From Lama glama (Eukaryota), in assembly GCA_028534125.1 (NCBI GenBank), contig CM052832.1, positions 8,992,001 through 9,056,000 on the forward strand: 64,000 nt of DNA, read 5' to 3'. Positions 1 to 11,963 of this stretch are shown here, piece by piece. Position numbers and translations under genes: made by a program. How positions within the stretch are numbered: the stretch's first letter is position 1; each line of letters begins with the position of its first letter. The notes below the pieces were generated by a model. The model did not search any database and was not told the DNA's origin. It saw only the letters and a list, made by a program, of their open reading frames with translations.

Positions 1-1419
1 CACCCCCCGCCCCCTTGGCAACCACAAGTTTGTATTTTGTGTCTATGAGTCTGTTTCTGTTTTGTATTTATGCTTTGTTTTTGTTTTTGTTTTAGATTCC
101 ACATATGAGTGATCTCATATGGTATTTTTCTTTCTCTTTCTGGCTTATTTNNNNNNNNNNNNNNNNNNNNNNNNNNNNNNNNNNNNNNNNNNNNNNNNNN
201 NNNNNNNNNNNNNNNNNNNNNNNNNNNNNNNNNNNNNNNNNNNNNNNNNNNNNNNNNNNNNNNNNNNNNNNNNNNNNNNNNNNNNNNNNNNNNNNNNNNN
301 NNNNNNNNNNNNNNNNNNNNNNNNNNNNNNNNNNNNNNNNNNNNNNNNNNNNNNNNNNNNNNNNNNNNNNNNNNNNNNNNNNNNNNNNNNNNNNNNNNNN
401 NNNNNNNNNNNNNNNNNNNNNNNNNNNNNNNNNNNNNNNNNNNNNNNNNNNNNNNNNNNNNNNNNNNNNNNNNNNNNNNNNNNNNNNNNNNNNNNNNNNN
501 NNNNNNNNNNNNNNNNNNNNNNNNNNNNNNNNNNNNNNNNNNNNNNNNNNNNNNNNNNNNNNNNNNNNNNNNNNNNNNNNNNNNNNNNNNNNNNNNNNNN
601 NNNNNNNNNNNNNNNNNNNNNNNNNNNNNNNNNNNNNNNNNNNNNNNNNNTAGAATGACATTCTCCAGGAGCATCCATGTTGCTGCAAATGGCGTTATGT
701 TGTCAGTTTTTATGGCTGAGTAGTATTCCATTGTATAAATATACCACATCTTCTTTATCCAGTCGCCTGTTGATGGACACTTAGGCTGTTTCCATGTCTT
801 GGCTATTGTAAATAGTGCTGCTATGAACATTGGGGTGCAGGTGTCATTTTGAAGTAGGGTTCCTTCTGGATATATGCCCAGGAGCAGGATTCCTAGGTCA
901 TATGGTAAGTCTATTCCTAGTCTTTTGAGGAATCTTCATACTGTTTTCCACAGTGGCTGCACCGAACTGCATTCCCACCAGCAGTGAAGGAGGGTTCCCT
1001 TTTCTCCACAGCTTCTCCAGCATTTGTCATTTGCAGATTTTTGAATGATGGCCATTCTGACTGGTGTCAGGTGATACCTCACTGTAGTTTTGGTTTGCAT
1101 TTCTCTGATAATTAGTGATATTGAGCATTTTTTTCATGTGCCTATTGATCATTTGTATGTCTTCCTTGGAGAATTGCTTGTTTAGGTCTTCTGCCCATTT
1201 TTGGATTGGGTTGTTTGTTTTTTTCTTATTAAGTCGTATGAGCTGCTTATATATTCTGGAGATCAAGCCTTTGTCGGTTTCATTCGCAAAAATTTTTCCC
1301 AGTCTGTAGGTTGTCTTTTTGTTTTACTTATGGTTTCCTTTGCTGTGCAGAAGCTTGTAAGTTTCATTAGGTCCCATTTGTTTATTCTTGCTTTTGTTTC
1401 TATTGCTTGAGTAGACTGT
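1..1419 (-). mobile_element. LINE-1 3' portion (ORF2 C-terminus and 3' UTR), 5'-truncated, spans a 500-N gap
   Basis: Minus-strand peptides [37 protein letters not shown] and [34 protein letters not shown] are typical L1 ORF2p C-terminal sequence; frameshifted. Confidence 0.93.
151..650. other. Assembly gap (N run)
   Basis: 500 N; ORFs crossing it are artefacts. Confidence 1.
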
Positions 1420-2061
1420 AAGGCTTGGAGTCTTAAGGGGCACCTGAACATTTCCTAGGAAAGACCTAGGGGGTTTGGGAAGCATAGGTCACTGTGTTCT
1501 TGTTAATTTTGGCTTAAATTGAAAAAAATGAGCTGTATATGGTCTGAACAAAACTTTTGCTAGTGAAATGAGACTGAATTATTCAGTTCCAAAGAATAAA
1601 GGGACATTTTGCTCCTCTGGCCACAAGGAGTCCTCAGGCAACTGAAGACCTCGTGGAAATGTCTGCGGATCAGTCCTCATGATGTGCAGCGGTCCTATAG
1701 GGGAGACCCACCACGACCATTAAGTACTGCTCTTGGAGGGGGGTCATGGGGAGGGGCACGACAAAGGCTAATCCCCCAGCATTCCCAGCACCCATGATGG
1801 TTTAAGGCTGTCATTGGGAGAAATTGAGCCACATAAAAGAATTTGACTCACCCAAGGGTAACCCCTTGGGGAGCGAGACTCAGAGCAGCACACGTGTGAT
1901 CCACCACACTGTCCTCAGAAAGTTGTTCAGATCATGTCTCTTATCCCATATCTGAAACTAATACTGGGAAATTGTGCCTCAGGCCAAGCAACTCCTATTT
2001 AAAGAGTCACCTATGGGAATACCAGCTGGGTTTATGTGTGCTTGTGAGTACTAATTGGAAA

Positions 2062-2568
2062 CTAAAGAAAATCCAGCCCTGAAATGGCCAAGTTGTTGTT
2101 GTTTTTTGACACTCCAGTATTGAATTTTGAGCATGCAGTTAAAGCCGGCAGTCTTCTGGATCTGTGCTTGCAGGTGTATGGGGCCTTCCTGGGACAGACC
2201 CTTCCCTGCTCTAACTCCTCTCTGGAGTACCCAGATAATAGTATCTCATGCATATTTCCTGAGTTCTTCAGATGCCAAAAAATCATCACCAAATGGAAGA
2301 TATTAACGCTTGATGATCATATACCCTTATCACATACCCTGGGATGCCCCTCCCTTAACTGGCCTTTAAAAATGTTCTGCTGAAACCCTTTGGGGAGTTT
2401 GGGAACAGGGCGGTTTGGGCATGAGTTACTGGTTCTCCTTGCTTGGCCCAGCAATAAACCTTCCTCTGCTCCAAACTCTGATGTTTCAGGTTTTTTTTTT
2501 TTTTAACCTCACTGTACATCAGGCCCATGAACTTGCATTTGGCCACACAAGGTCTACTGGAAACAACA
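2062..2568 (+). mobile_element. LTR-like segment (ERV1 type), boundaries approximate
   Basis: TATA-like CTTTAAAA (~2364), AATAAA 2453-2458, U5-like tail ending ...AACA. Confidence 0.45.
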
Positions 2569-2712
2569 GTGGTGTTTTTCTCTTTCTAAAATTAGATTAA
2601 CAAAGAAAAATATATGTAGGGTTAGCTCCATGGATTCTTTGAATTGGAGAAACATCTAAATTGTTAAAATTTTTAGAGAGCTCTCATCTTAAACTATTTC
2701 ACCTATTTTAAT

Positions 2713-3086
2713 TGGTATACAGAAGCCCCCCAAAACTTTAAAAGTCCAGATCTTCTAGAAGCCCCTGGGAGGCCAAATGGATTAGATCAAGATAGGAGAG
2801 GTCTCAGGCAGATGACCCCTTGGTGGATCACCTGAAGTTCTCATGACACCTGATGAACTCTTGTAAAAGAACAGTGTTGACTGGTGTCACTGCTGCACCC
2901 CGTCCCGTTTACCTATGTAATTGCCAAGCCCCAACCCCAAAGGGGTTCACAGTTTGGAAGGCACTAGCCTGCTGTGACTCCCCTTTGCCGGGCAAAGCAA
3001 TAAAGCTGCTCTTTCCGTTGCTCCCAACCTTTGCCTCCGAGTTTGAATTCACTTTTTGGGGTGCAGAGGCCGATTTTTTGGTAACA
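2713..3086 (+). mobile_element. Solo-LTR-like segment nested in the ERV internal region
   Basis: AATAAA 2999-3004, U5-like tail ending ...TTGGTAACA at 3086; start approximate. Confidence 0.5.
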
Positions 3087-4596
3087 GTAAATGAGAAGAG
3101 CTTTTAGTAAACTCTTTAGGAATAATTGTGTTCTGGGAATGTCTGTATGATATCTCCAGATTTCGTAACTTGGAAGAATTCATTCACTGTGTCATTTCAA
3201 ATAGGATACTGGAACATTAATTGCTGGGCCTTCTTAGGAGAGGAAAACTAAAGTGTAAGTTTATCAATCAGAAAATGCTGATATAACAAACAGTTTACTA
3301 CTACTTCTTAGTGCTCACTAGAGATTAACATGTTAAGGTTAAGAATTGTCAAGGAAACATTTCAGTATGCAAGGGCAGCAGGATGTGTGTTTTCAGCAAA
3401 GAATGTGTGAGGAGTGAAAATGCATTTTGTTCAAGGAGAAAAGGTGGTTTTGTCCTAGATAGAGCTGGTTGTTTCTGAATATAGAAAGTTGTGAAAGGTT
3501 TGTGGAAAAGGAACACTGAGTTTTGTGCATGGTCAAGATTGGCTAAGATTGAACTTAATAAGAAAATGAATTTTAAGGGTAAAGCAGTACAAAACCTGAA
3601 TTTGGTTCTGAGAGGACAGAGTTTTCTTAAAATATTGTACTGATTGTGAGTTTGTGTCTAAGTGATCTGTACTTGCTGTTGTGATCTTTTATAGTTACTT
3701 TGGTTAAGTGAATGGGTATTGTTTCACAGTGACCTGTGATTGTGTTTGGCCAAGTGTTTTAAAACTTTCTGGTATTTTTGACAAAGTTTCCAATGATCAA
3801 CTTCTAAATGAAGTTCATTTGACTTCCAGCTAACTGTCAGGTGTTCCAAAGGGTCCTTAGAACATCTCAAAATATTTATTTTCTCTCCATCTCGAGAGAG
3901 GAACATTAAACTAATTAGGTTTATCTGGTATGTTAAATGGGAAGCATTGTTAAATTAGCAGTGATAAAACTTCTTAGGCTGTCATATGGGTAAATGTTAT
4001 TAATATACACATTCTGGAAACTATATGGAAACCCTAAAATATCAGTCATAATTTTAGTGCATGTCATAGCAGTAACCAAGTTTCTTTTCAATTGTATTGT
4101 AATCAAAAAGCTCTTAACCTTGACTTTTAGTCTTTTGTCATTTACAGCTATTATGGACAATTAACCAAATGTTTGGTAGAAATGAGGGTAATTTTAGAAA
4201 AAGATTGTTTCAGTGAACATTACATTCTAGTTTTGTTAATTGAAGTCTGTATTTACTGGCTAAGATTCATTTCCCAGATAGCTCCTTGTAAAATTTAGTT
4301 ATTAAAAGGACACAGTTTCTGAAGTTTATCACAGTAATCTAACTTTGGATGAAGACTGGACTCACCATGACCTAAACCAGATTGTTCATAATGGAAGAGA
4401 CATGAGATAAAGGGCTCCTTGCAGCCACGTTGGAAGGGCCTCTCCTGAATGAACTGAAACTCTTATTTTTGACACCCGATTTCAACTAAGATTAGCACTA
4501 CCAGATCAGGATGAGAAGAGGACATCTGAAGTAGACAGCTGACCCAAGATGCTAGGACTAGGCCTGTATACCAATTCCTTTGACAATTTCTGTTTT

Positions 4597-4750
4597 GCTT
4601 ATGAACCAAATGCATTTCTTGGGCTCACTCATTATGCACATTTCAAAAATCAGTCCAGTTGTTGGGTTTGTGGCCAATTACCTATGTCCAGTACTCTCAG
4701 GTTGCCTTGGTGGATTTCTCCTCTCCAAGGCTTGAGCTGGATGGTCCTTA
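4597..4750 (+). pseudogene. Gammaretroviral-type env SU remnant (CxxC motif)
   Basis: Peptide NAFLGLTHYAHFKNQSSCWVCGQLPMSSTLRLPWWISPLQG; CWVC encoded at 4660-4671; lies upstream of PPT and 3' LTR; interrupted by later insertions. Confidence 0.7.
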
Positions 4751-4839
4751 GAAATTTTACTTTAAAAGAAAGTCTAAAAATGACTGTAATTCAATTTTTT
4801 AAAATGTTAAAAAAATAAAAAAAATAGAAGAACGTCTAG

Positions 4840-4975
4840 GTGGGAGGGTATAGTTTTCAAGTGGTAGAGTGCATGCTTAGCAGCAGGAGGTCCTGGGTCC
4901 AAGCCCCAGTACCTCCTCTAAAAATAAATGAATGAATAATAAACCTAATTACCTCCCCCCTCAACCCCCCCCAAA
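4840..4975 (+). mobile_element. tRNA-Ala-derived SINE (camelid Vic-1 type)
   Basis: GGGAGGGTATAG...GTGGTAGAGTGCATGCTTAGC...GGTCCTGGGT..CCCCAGTACCTCC head with A/B boxes, AT-rich tail and AAACCTAATTACCTCCCC end. Confidence 0.85.
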
Positions 4976-5711
4976 ACACCCAATTTAAAAATTAAAAAAA
5001 GTAGCACCATGAAAGCTAATGTTACCACAAATATCACTAAGACCCTTTTCACCCAGCCAATTAACATGCCTGTTCTGGCTTTTATATTAGATGTTGTTTA
5101 TTGGGTAGTTCCTAACAAGGCCCAATATTTATGGAACAAGTTTATGACTTTGGCTTTCCCCATGTTAGTTAGGGTGATGCACAACTGGTTTCCCCTGGGC
5201 TCAAGGTCACTTACAGGCAGCCTTGGTAACAGCCCCGGCCAACCATCAATCTGCCTTCAGTGCAGGCACGTTGGTTTCTATCAGTTTTCCAATGGCATGA
5301 CCATCTGGCCATATTTGTTAACCCACCTTATGACCCATGAAAAGTCAAATATCCGGTTTGAACAATCCTGTTCCCACTTAAGAGTAAACATTAGGAAAAT
5401 GGTTTGGTTCAGGATTTTGACTTAAATCGTTGCTAATGTAATGACACTTGCTCCCACTACCAATTTAGTTTGCAGAACTTGTAATAGTCTCTTGCCTCTC
5501 ATGCTGTCACCTGCTTGCACTAAGATAATCATGTCTGAATGACCCCAAACTATAGATCACATCTAGAGTTTTCTATAAAATAATGGACATACACAATGCA
5601 CATGAGGAAAATTAGCCTAAGTCCCTTACTGGACAACCTAGAATTCACTATCAATCCTTGCCAAACATTCTGCTAGTATAACCTCCCCCCCACAACCCCA
5701 AAAGGGAGAAC

Positions 5712-6249
5712 TGTGCTATTAGGACCTGGAATCCAGGGACATGATGGACACTGGGGCAGGCAAGCAGCCACACTAGATCTGGGGAGTAAAATATTTCATC
5801 ACCCAATGCTTTCTATCAAAAGATTAATGATCAACAGAGGGAAACTGTGTAATACATGTTTTATGGCAAGACAAGTACAATTTAAACAATTCTCCCCACA
5901 TTTGGCCTCCCTCTCCCCACACTGCATTGTGTATCTGCATTATTGACCAAAACTTCCTCATCGGCAGAATGTCCACTCAACCATAAAGAGCCCCATTCAC
6001 CTAAGACAGCTCCTTAAAGACAACATTCCTTCTTGATAAGGGGTCACAGAGTGCGCAGATGTGGATTACGGAAACTGTCAATACATCACTTGATGTACAG
6101 CCCTGTTTCAAAAAGCTTCCATGTCTTGACCTCTAACTGGTGGAATAGTTCTGAGCTTTCTGAGATGCTCTTCTTGGGTTGTAATCCTCAAATTTTGTTC
6201 AAGTAATTTTCCGTTTCTTCCTTAAATCGGTTGATTTTTCATCATTACA
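5712..6249 (+). mobile_element. 3' LTR of ERV1 remnant (MER34-like by recall)
   Basis: Starts TG directly after the polypurine tract and ends ...TTACA; the 3' half resembles MER34-family LTRs as I remember them. Confidence 0.6.
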
Positions 6250-8074
6250 ACTTAATTACCTCATAATCTGGCACATCTTAAGGCACTGTTAATACTTTCA
6301 ACTCAGTCTCACAGCCAGAGGGCCCCATGAGCCAAAACTGTAGCAGAGCTGGACTTAAGGGACCAGGAGACAATGGTAAGTGTGTTTTCAGCTCTTAAGC
6401 TGGGCCTGGCACACCTTCACCAACTGCTTAGGTAACAACTTGAGGCAACTTGTGACAGGAGCAGAGGGAAGGCCCATTTAGGGGTGCACACTGATGACAA
6501 ACACAAGTGGGATCAGATCACCTGGTTTATTAGGTCGAACACTCCAGAAGCCCTAGTGTTGGTTTCCATCATTACCTGCAGGGCAGTGGGCACTACTTTT
6601 GGAGTCTAGAATATGTAAGGAAAGGGTCCATTAAGCTGCTTGCCTGGGACCTAAAAGACCCAATAGTGCTAACTTCATCCACGGCAAACCAAGAAAATGG
6701 TTCACTCTTCCTGATTTGGGTTTGAAAACGGAGAGTGATCAGGGAAACCAGAAAATTCCATCTTGAAGCCCAGAAAAAATAAGTGTTAGGCATTTCCCCG
6801 AGTCAGAAATGGCACAGGGGCTCAGCAGCTACCGCTGTGATAATAGGAAACACCCATTTGGCTTAAAGGGAAAAAGCCACCTTGGTAACAAGCTTTGGTC
6901 GTCCACAGGGTATGGAACCAGAGGAAGCTAGCAAGGTCAGAGCCTGAGTGACCAATCCTGATAGCGCAGGACTTCGTCACAGATGGTGCCTGGTCCCTGA
7001 GGTCTATGAACACCCTAAACTTACTGAGTTTATGGGTGTTTTCCTGGGGAGAGACCCTCGCTTTCTCATAGATCCAAAAATAAGCTAAACCCCTGAGCTA
7101 GAGAAAAGCACTAAGCCAGTTGCAGGCAGAGATAAGGAAGCCACCAGATACACCTAGAGCCAGCCACGTCTGGGAGCTTGCCAAGCTGTCACTGAAGTTA
7201 GAACACGGACTCACAGCACAGACAACCAAGCAATGTTTTTGCGTGATTCTTTCTAGTTGTATTTCAAGTTCTTTCCAAAACAAGGCTCTGGAAACAGCCA
7301 GGTTCAAGTATGTCCCTGGGCTTGGTCCACTGCTGTCCTGTAGTCATACCTGGGTATTTATTCACCAACATTAAGCCCCTGGGCAGAAGATGGAACAAAA
7401 TGGTCTCCCTCCTCCATGGCATGAGTCCTTGCTGATCCCAGAGGTGCACGGTGGGCAACACAGAAAACACACAGGAACTTTTTCTTGGAATTGGGGTGGG
7501 ATGAAAAGTGTCTGCTGTGAACATCACGATCTTTCCCCCGACCCTTCCCCTTCAGTTTCTGAAGATATAGCAGAAAATAATCTTCTCTGAAGATACTGGG
7601 TAACAATACCATAAAACAAAAAACACATGCTTCCAATGCGCTGTGCTGAGGAAGAAAAACACAACTTTATCAATACAAATTTACTGCAACTTGGCACCTA
7701 AGAATAATAACAAAAAGCAATTTCAAAGAATTAAAATTCCTTCAACAGAAACAATAATTATACCTTCAGATCCTTTTTGAAATTAGTTAACACTATTCTC
7801 CCCCCATCTCCAGCTAAATTACCACAGCAACACAGGTTTTTTTGGTTACTCAACTTTTTCCATCCTGTAACTCTTGGGGTAGACAGAGCCCCTTGTCCTA
7901 ACCAGGCATTCACTGTTCCAAGCACATCTCTATCCATTAGGCTTGGGAATACACCCCTCCCCGCCACCAAGTTATGCTCACACACTTGTCAATGCAAAAA
8001 GATCTTTTAAGGGGCAAGGCACGGCCCATCAAAAGTCAGCCCAAGGGCAGTTTTTAGCCCTGCCTCACCTGGGT

Positions 8075-8283
8075 TTAGTTCAGCTGCCGGATGAGTTGGT
8101 TGATGCGTTCACCTCGATAGCCAGGTGAACCCACTTCCTTGAGGAAGCCCACTCTATTCTTGGTAGCATGACGGGCCACTGAGAGCTGGAAAGGGCGCAA
8201 GAACCCTGAGATCTCCTGAAAATTCTTCCCCGGGAAGGCAATTTCATGAATGAGGTCTTCCAAGCAAATGACACCAAACTTCC
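8075..8283 (-). CDS. RPL7L1: RPL7L1 coding exon 6 (to TAA)
   Basis: ttag|GG AAG TTT ([18 protein letters not shown]...LIRQLN*). Confidence 0.96.
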
Positions 8284-11200
8284 CTAAGAAACATAAGGTT
8301 CAGAATCCTTTACTCAACGTTTCCCCAGCATATACTGCAGGCTCTTATTTGCCAGAGCTGGGCACTCTGGCAAGTTCTTGGTGCCTTCTGCTCTGACCCC
8401 TAAGATGCGCACTCACCCAGGTGCTCCTCTATCACTGTGTTGTCTGTCAGAGGGACGATTTTATTCTTGACTTTGGCTTGTCCACGTTTCAAGATGAGTT
8501 CCCGAACAGACTTCAGATTTGGAAATCTATGTGAGGCAGAATAAAGTACAACCTTAGTAGGCCCCCTGCACACTGCATTACACTGGCCACACAGTCCTGC
8601 TGCCTGGCTAAGGATTCTCCCATCCCCTCTCCCCCTCCCCAAGAGGTGTCCTGCAGTACACCCGAAGGAGTTGAAAAACCTAAGCAGCACTAACTATGTA
8701 ACTATAGGAATTAAAATTTATGGATACAAATACTCACCAGGCAAAGATATTTATTTCCAGGCAAAAATAAAGTCCTGGCTTATATTTTAGGACTCTGACC
8801 TAGGTGACCCCACTAAAGAGTTTGAAATTAAATCTAAGTCTTTTTCAGATCTTAATGTTTGAAGACATACAACCCTAGCTCTGCTTCAAGATTCCAAGAA
8901 TTACTCTCTCCTCTACTAGTCTTACTTGGCCTTAGCCCACAACTGACCAAACCCTGTCACGGCCCTGTTCAGACCATTATCAGTGGCATGGATACCCCCT
9001 GATTTACCCACCCTGTGGGTTCTTATTATGGCTGGTGGTTGATTCCTAGTGACCATGATACTCACACCAAAATGCTCCTTCAACACAGCAACACGAGTGT
9101 TGGAGAAGAGTACCTGGTGCATCCTAACATTCTTAATATAATCTAACATGAATTCACTCAAAACATACTCACCCCCAGGTGACATAAGGTTCCACTATAC
9201 GGAGTGTTTTTATGGTCTGAGGGGTTACTTTCACAAAGACACCACTGAAAATCTTATTCAGGCGAAGTCTTCCAATGGTCCTCTGCACAAGTGAACTCAC
9301 CCCATTAATCCTGAAATCAACAGCAAAAGAATTCAGGCTCTGTCCAGCAAGTACGTATGAAATGTGTGCCATTACTGGGGGTCCAGAGTAGGACACAGAC
9401 TGTGCCTCACAGATCACTTCCATGTGATGTGGAGCAATACCCGAGGTGCTATGAGAAGAGGACCTGAAATCAAATACCTGACTTTGTGTGTGGGGTTGTA
9501 CCTGCCAAGCTAAGGAAGCTGGACTTGCTTCTGTGGGCAGTAAAAACTATAGAAGATTTTAAGTAAAGAAAACATGAACAGATTTGTTTTTGACAATCAC
9601 TGAGGAGCGCATATAAAACAGAAACAAGAGCGTGACACCATACTCCAGGAAATCCAGCTAGAAAGCTGAGATGACAGTCCAGGAGAGATTATGGACAGTG
9701 GTGGGAGGCTCATACATATTTAAAACCCACAGGTTTCTGGTTTGGGTGACTGGGTAGGGGAACAGGAGGAGGTGGAGCTGCATGTGTGGGTAGGAACGAG
9801 TAAGGGATCAATAAACGTGGAAAATGCTTTCAGTACTCTCCTCAGCACTGAATGTGCTCCATCCACTCGACCTTGCTTCAGTTCCAAGAAGATACCCTGA
9901 TTCCTCACATCATTTTTTGCATCTATGCCTGGAAACTCCTTTCATGTTAACAGGTCTCAGCTGCAAGTTCCTACTTCAGGGTGTCCTAAACCACTACACA
10001 CCACACCTCGGCCCCCTTGCCCCACATCCAGCACTTTACCCTCACAGCGATTAGTGTATTTTCACGTCTATTTGCCTAAGGTCTGTCTCCCTAATCTTGG
10101 AAGACAAAATCTGTTTTGCTGAGCCGTGAATTCCCAGCACAACTTGCATTAGTGGCTTAAAGCCTATTATCTTATTTCCCTAGAAAGAGTCTAAAGCTGA
10201 ACCAACAGTTTGCCCCAGCCTCAAGGAATCCGGCAAGTTTCCTACCTTTCGATGCGTACAACAAAGGCCAAGGAATGTTTATCTGGCATTTCCAAGCCAT
10301 GCGGTTTCACTTCTAGTCGTCTGAGGCGCACCCTGTCACGTAGCTGCCGCCAGGAATCATGCAGGAACCATTCTAGTCGCTTAAACTTGAGCTGTTTTCC
10401 TTTCCTCTGCTACAGAGGAGGAAGACCATCACCATTTTATGCCTCTAGTAGTCGTTACTTCCCAACAGTAACTCATTAGTAACTATTTGGGGGGGGGGAA
10501 TCAGGTTTATTTTTATTTATTTATGTATTTTTAAATGGAGGTACTGGGGATTGAACCTAGGACCGCGTACAAGCTAAGCATACACTCTACCACTGAGCTA
10601 TACCCTCCATTAGTCACTACTGATAGAGCTTATTTCCCTGTACGTTCCAAAAAGGGAGCCAACAAACATCCTCTATTCTTACATAATAGAAAACCGAGAT
10701 ACCCAAGTAAAGGTGGAGCTGAGAAAACTCAGGAACTACTGGGAAAAGCTCCTGCTAAATAAACAAAAACCCAATTCGTTTACATGCTGTCAACCAATGT
10801 TTCCCAACAAGTGTTTATGGAACCTAACACCGTGTTAAGCCTCATAAAGTTCCTGCTTGTTTTATTTCCTGCCTCCAAAATATGCATTTCTCCAAAAACA
10901 TTTAGCAAATAGCAAAAATTGGTACGTTAAAAAAAAAAGTTTTCCTCCAGCTACACAGGCCTTTTTGGCCTCCCAAATCACTTGGTATGAACCCAGAAGG
11001 AACAATCTCCGTTCCGCTTTTCCTTAACAAACTCCACTCAGTATCTTGCCAGCAGAAAGGGCTTGATACATACTTGCTAAACAAAGAATATTAAACCTGG
11101 TATAATCCAATCGATGGGGGAAGGGAATGTCAGTACCAAATCTAGTTCAATACATGCTGGATAAAACTCACAAAATACAAATTCTTATTCCTTCCTCCTC

Positions 11201-11963
11201 GTTCCCCACCATTACCTCCTTCTTTTGCAAAAGCGCCTGCTTTGCCTGGGTGGCTTTGAGGGCCTGATAAGCCTTCCTCTTTTTCAGGAGATTTTCCGGA
11301 ACCAAAGGGATTTTTTTCCTTGGCCTGATAAAGAAAAGGGAGACCAGTGATAGCATTTAGGAAACAAATCCGTCAATGGAGTTCTAAACGATATACTGGG
11401 TTTCAGGAAACACTGCCTTCAAATTCTTAAAGGCTGAGGCTCCCCCGAAACCTGTCGTTCCTGACATCAGTCCTCAAAATGAACCCCTACCATTCCCTCG
11501 TCCCCAAAGCCTTAAAAAGTCAGGAACCCCTTAGCCACTGATCCCCGTGTATGTCAAACGGAACTTTTACTACCCCAGCCTTTTACAGACACCATCAGCA
11601 ATGAGATTCCGCCCCGTGGGGTTGGGGCGGTGCAGACTCAGCTGCAGAATTATTATTTATGTCAGGGTGGGGGAACCCACACTCCAACTCACTGCCTGAA
11701 AGTCAATCCTCGCTCCTTGAAGTAACCCGAAATAGACGGCGGCGCCCTCCGCCCGCCCCAACTCTGTGGCTCCTCATTCCTCCTTCTGTAACCTGGAGCC
11801 CTTTCTATTCACTCCCTTCAGTCTACAAGTATCCTTATCTTCCACCACCAAGAAATAAATTCTGTGGATGGCACCGGATGCTCAAGACGCCACGCCAAAG
11901 ATTCCCAGGCCCAAACACTCACTCTTCCTCCGCCATTTTTCCAACGATGCGGCTACTGCTCAT
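8075..11963 (-). CDS. RPL7L1: Ribosomal protein uL30-like / RPL7-like 1, spliced CDS join(11963-11923,11324-11216,10409-10246,9310-9173,8526-8417,8283-8075), 256 aa
   Basis: Assembled peptide [40 protein letters not shown]...[15 protein letters not shown]...[17 protein letters not shown] introns, phases consistent, 771 nt. A second in-frame ATG at 11936 would give 247 aa. Confidence 0.97.
8417..8526 (-). CDS. RPL7L1: RPL7L1 coding exon 5
   Basis: atag|A TTT CCA ([15 protein letters not shown]...IEEHL)G|gtgagt. Confidence 0.96.
9173..9310 (-). CDS. RPL7L1: RPL7L1 coding exon 4
   Basis: tcag|G ATT AAT ([12 protein letters not shown]...EPYVTW)GG|gtgagt. Confidence 0.96.
10246..10409 (-). CDS. 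RPL7L1: RPL7L1 coding exon 3
   Basis: tag|CAG AGG AAA ([22 protein letters not shown]...FVVRIE)AG|gtagg. Confidence 0.95.
10487..10608 (-). mobile_element. tRNA-Ala-derived SINE (Vic-1 type) in RPL7L1 intron 2
   Basis: Reverse complement of GGAGGGTATAGCTCAGTGGTAGAG...CCCCAGTACCTCC; flanked by imperfect TSD ATTAGT(A/C)ACTA. Confidence 0.9.
11216..11324 (-). CDS. RPL7L1: RPL7L1 coding exon 2
   Basis: tcag|G CCA AGG AAA ([13 protein letters not shown]...QKKE)|gtaatg. Confidence 0.96.

Larger units (their letters stand above)
1420..5711 (+). mobile_element. Decayed ERV1-class internal sequence with nested insertions
   Basis: Env SU-like peptide at ~4597-4750, then a polypurine tract AAAAGGGAGAAC (5700-5711) immediately before a TG-starting LTR. 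Left boundary approximate. Confidence 0.6.

Noticed and set aside
92..723. Long ORFs of 177-204 aa
   Set aside because: They are made of X residues across the N gap.
5009..5425. 138-aa ORF as an intact env or domesticated gene
   Set aside because: Cut off from the CxxC segment by insertions and lacking recognisable furin/TM motifs.
6250..7600. C6orf226-like neighbour that I recall lying downstream of RPL7L1 in human
   Set aside because: No matching ORF or CpG island here; it probably lies outside the window, so absence is not evidence of loss.
10407..10412. NAGNAG (TAGCAG) acceptor at RPL7L1 exon 3
   Set aside because: Common feature that would change only one Gln; no evidence of use.
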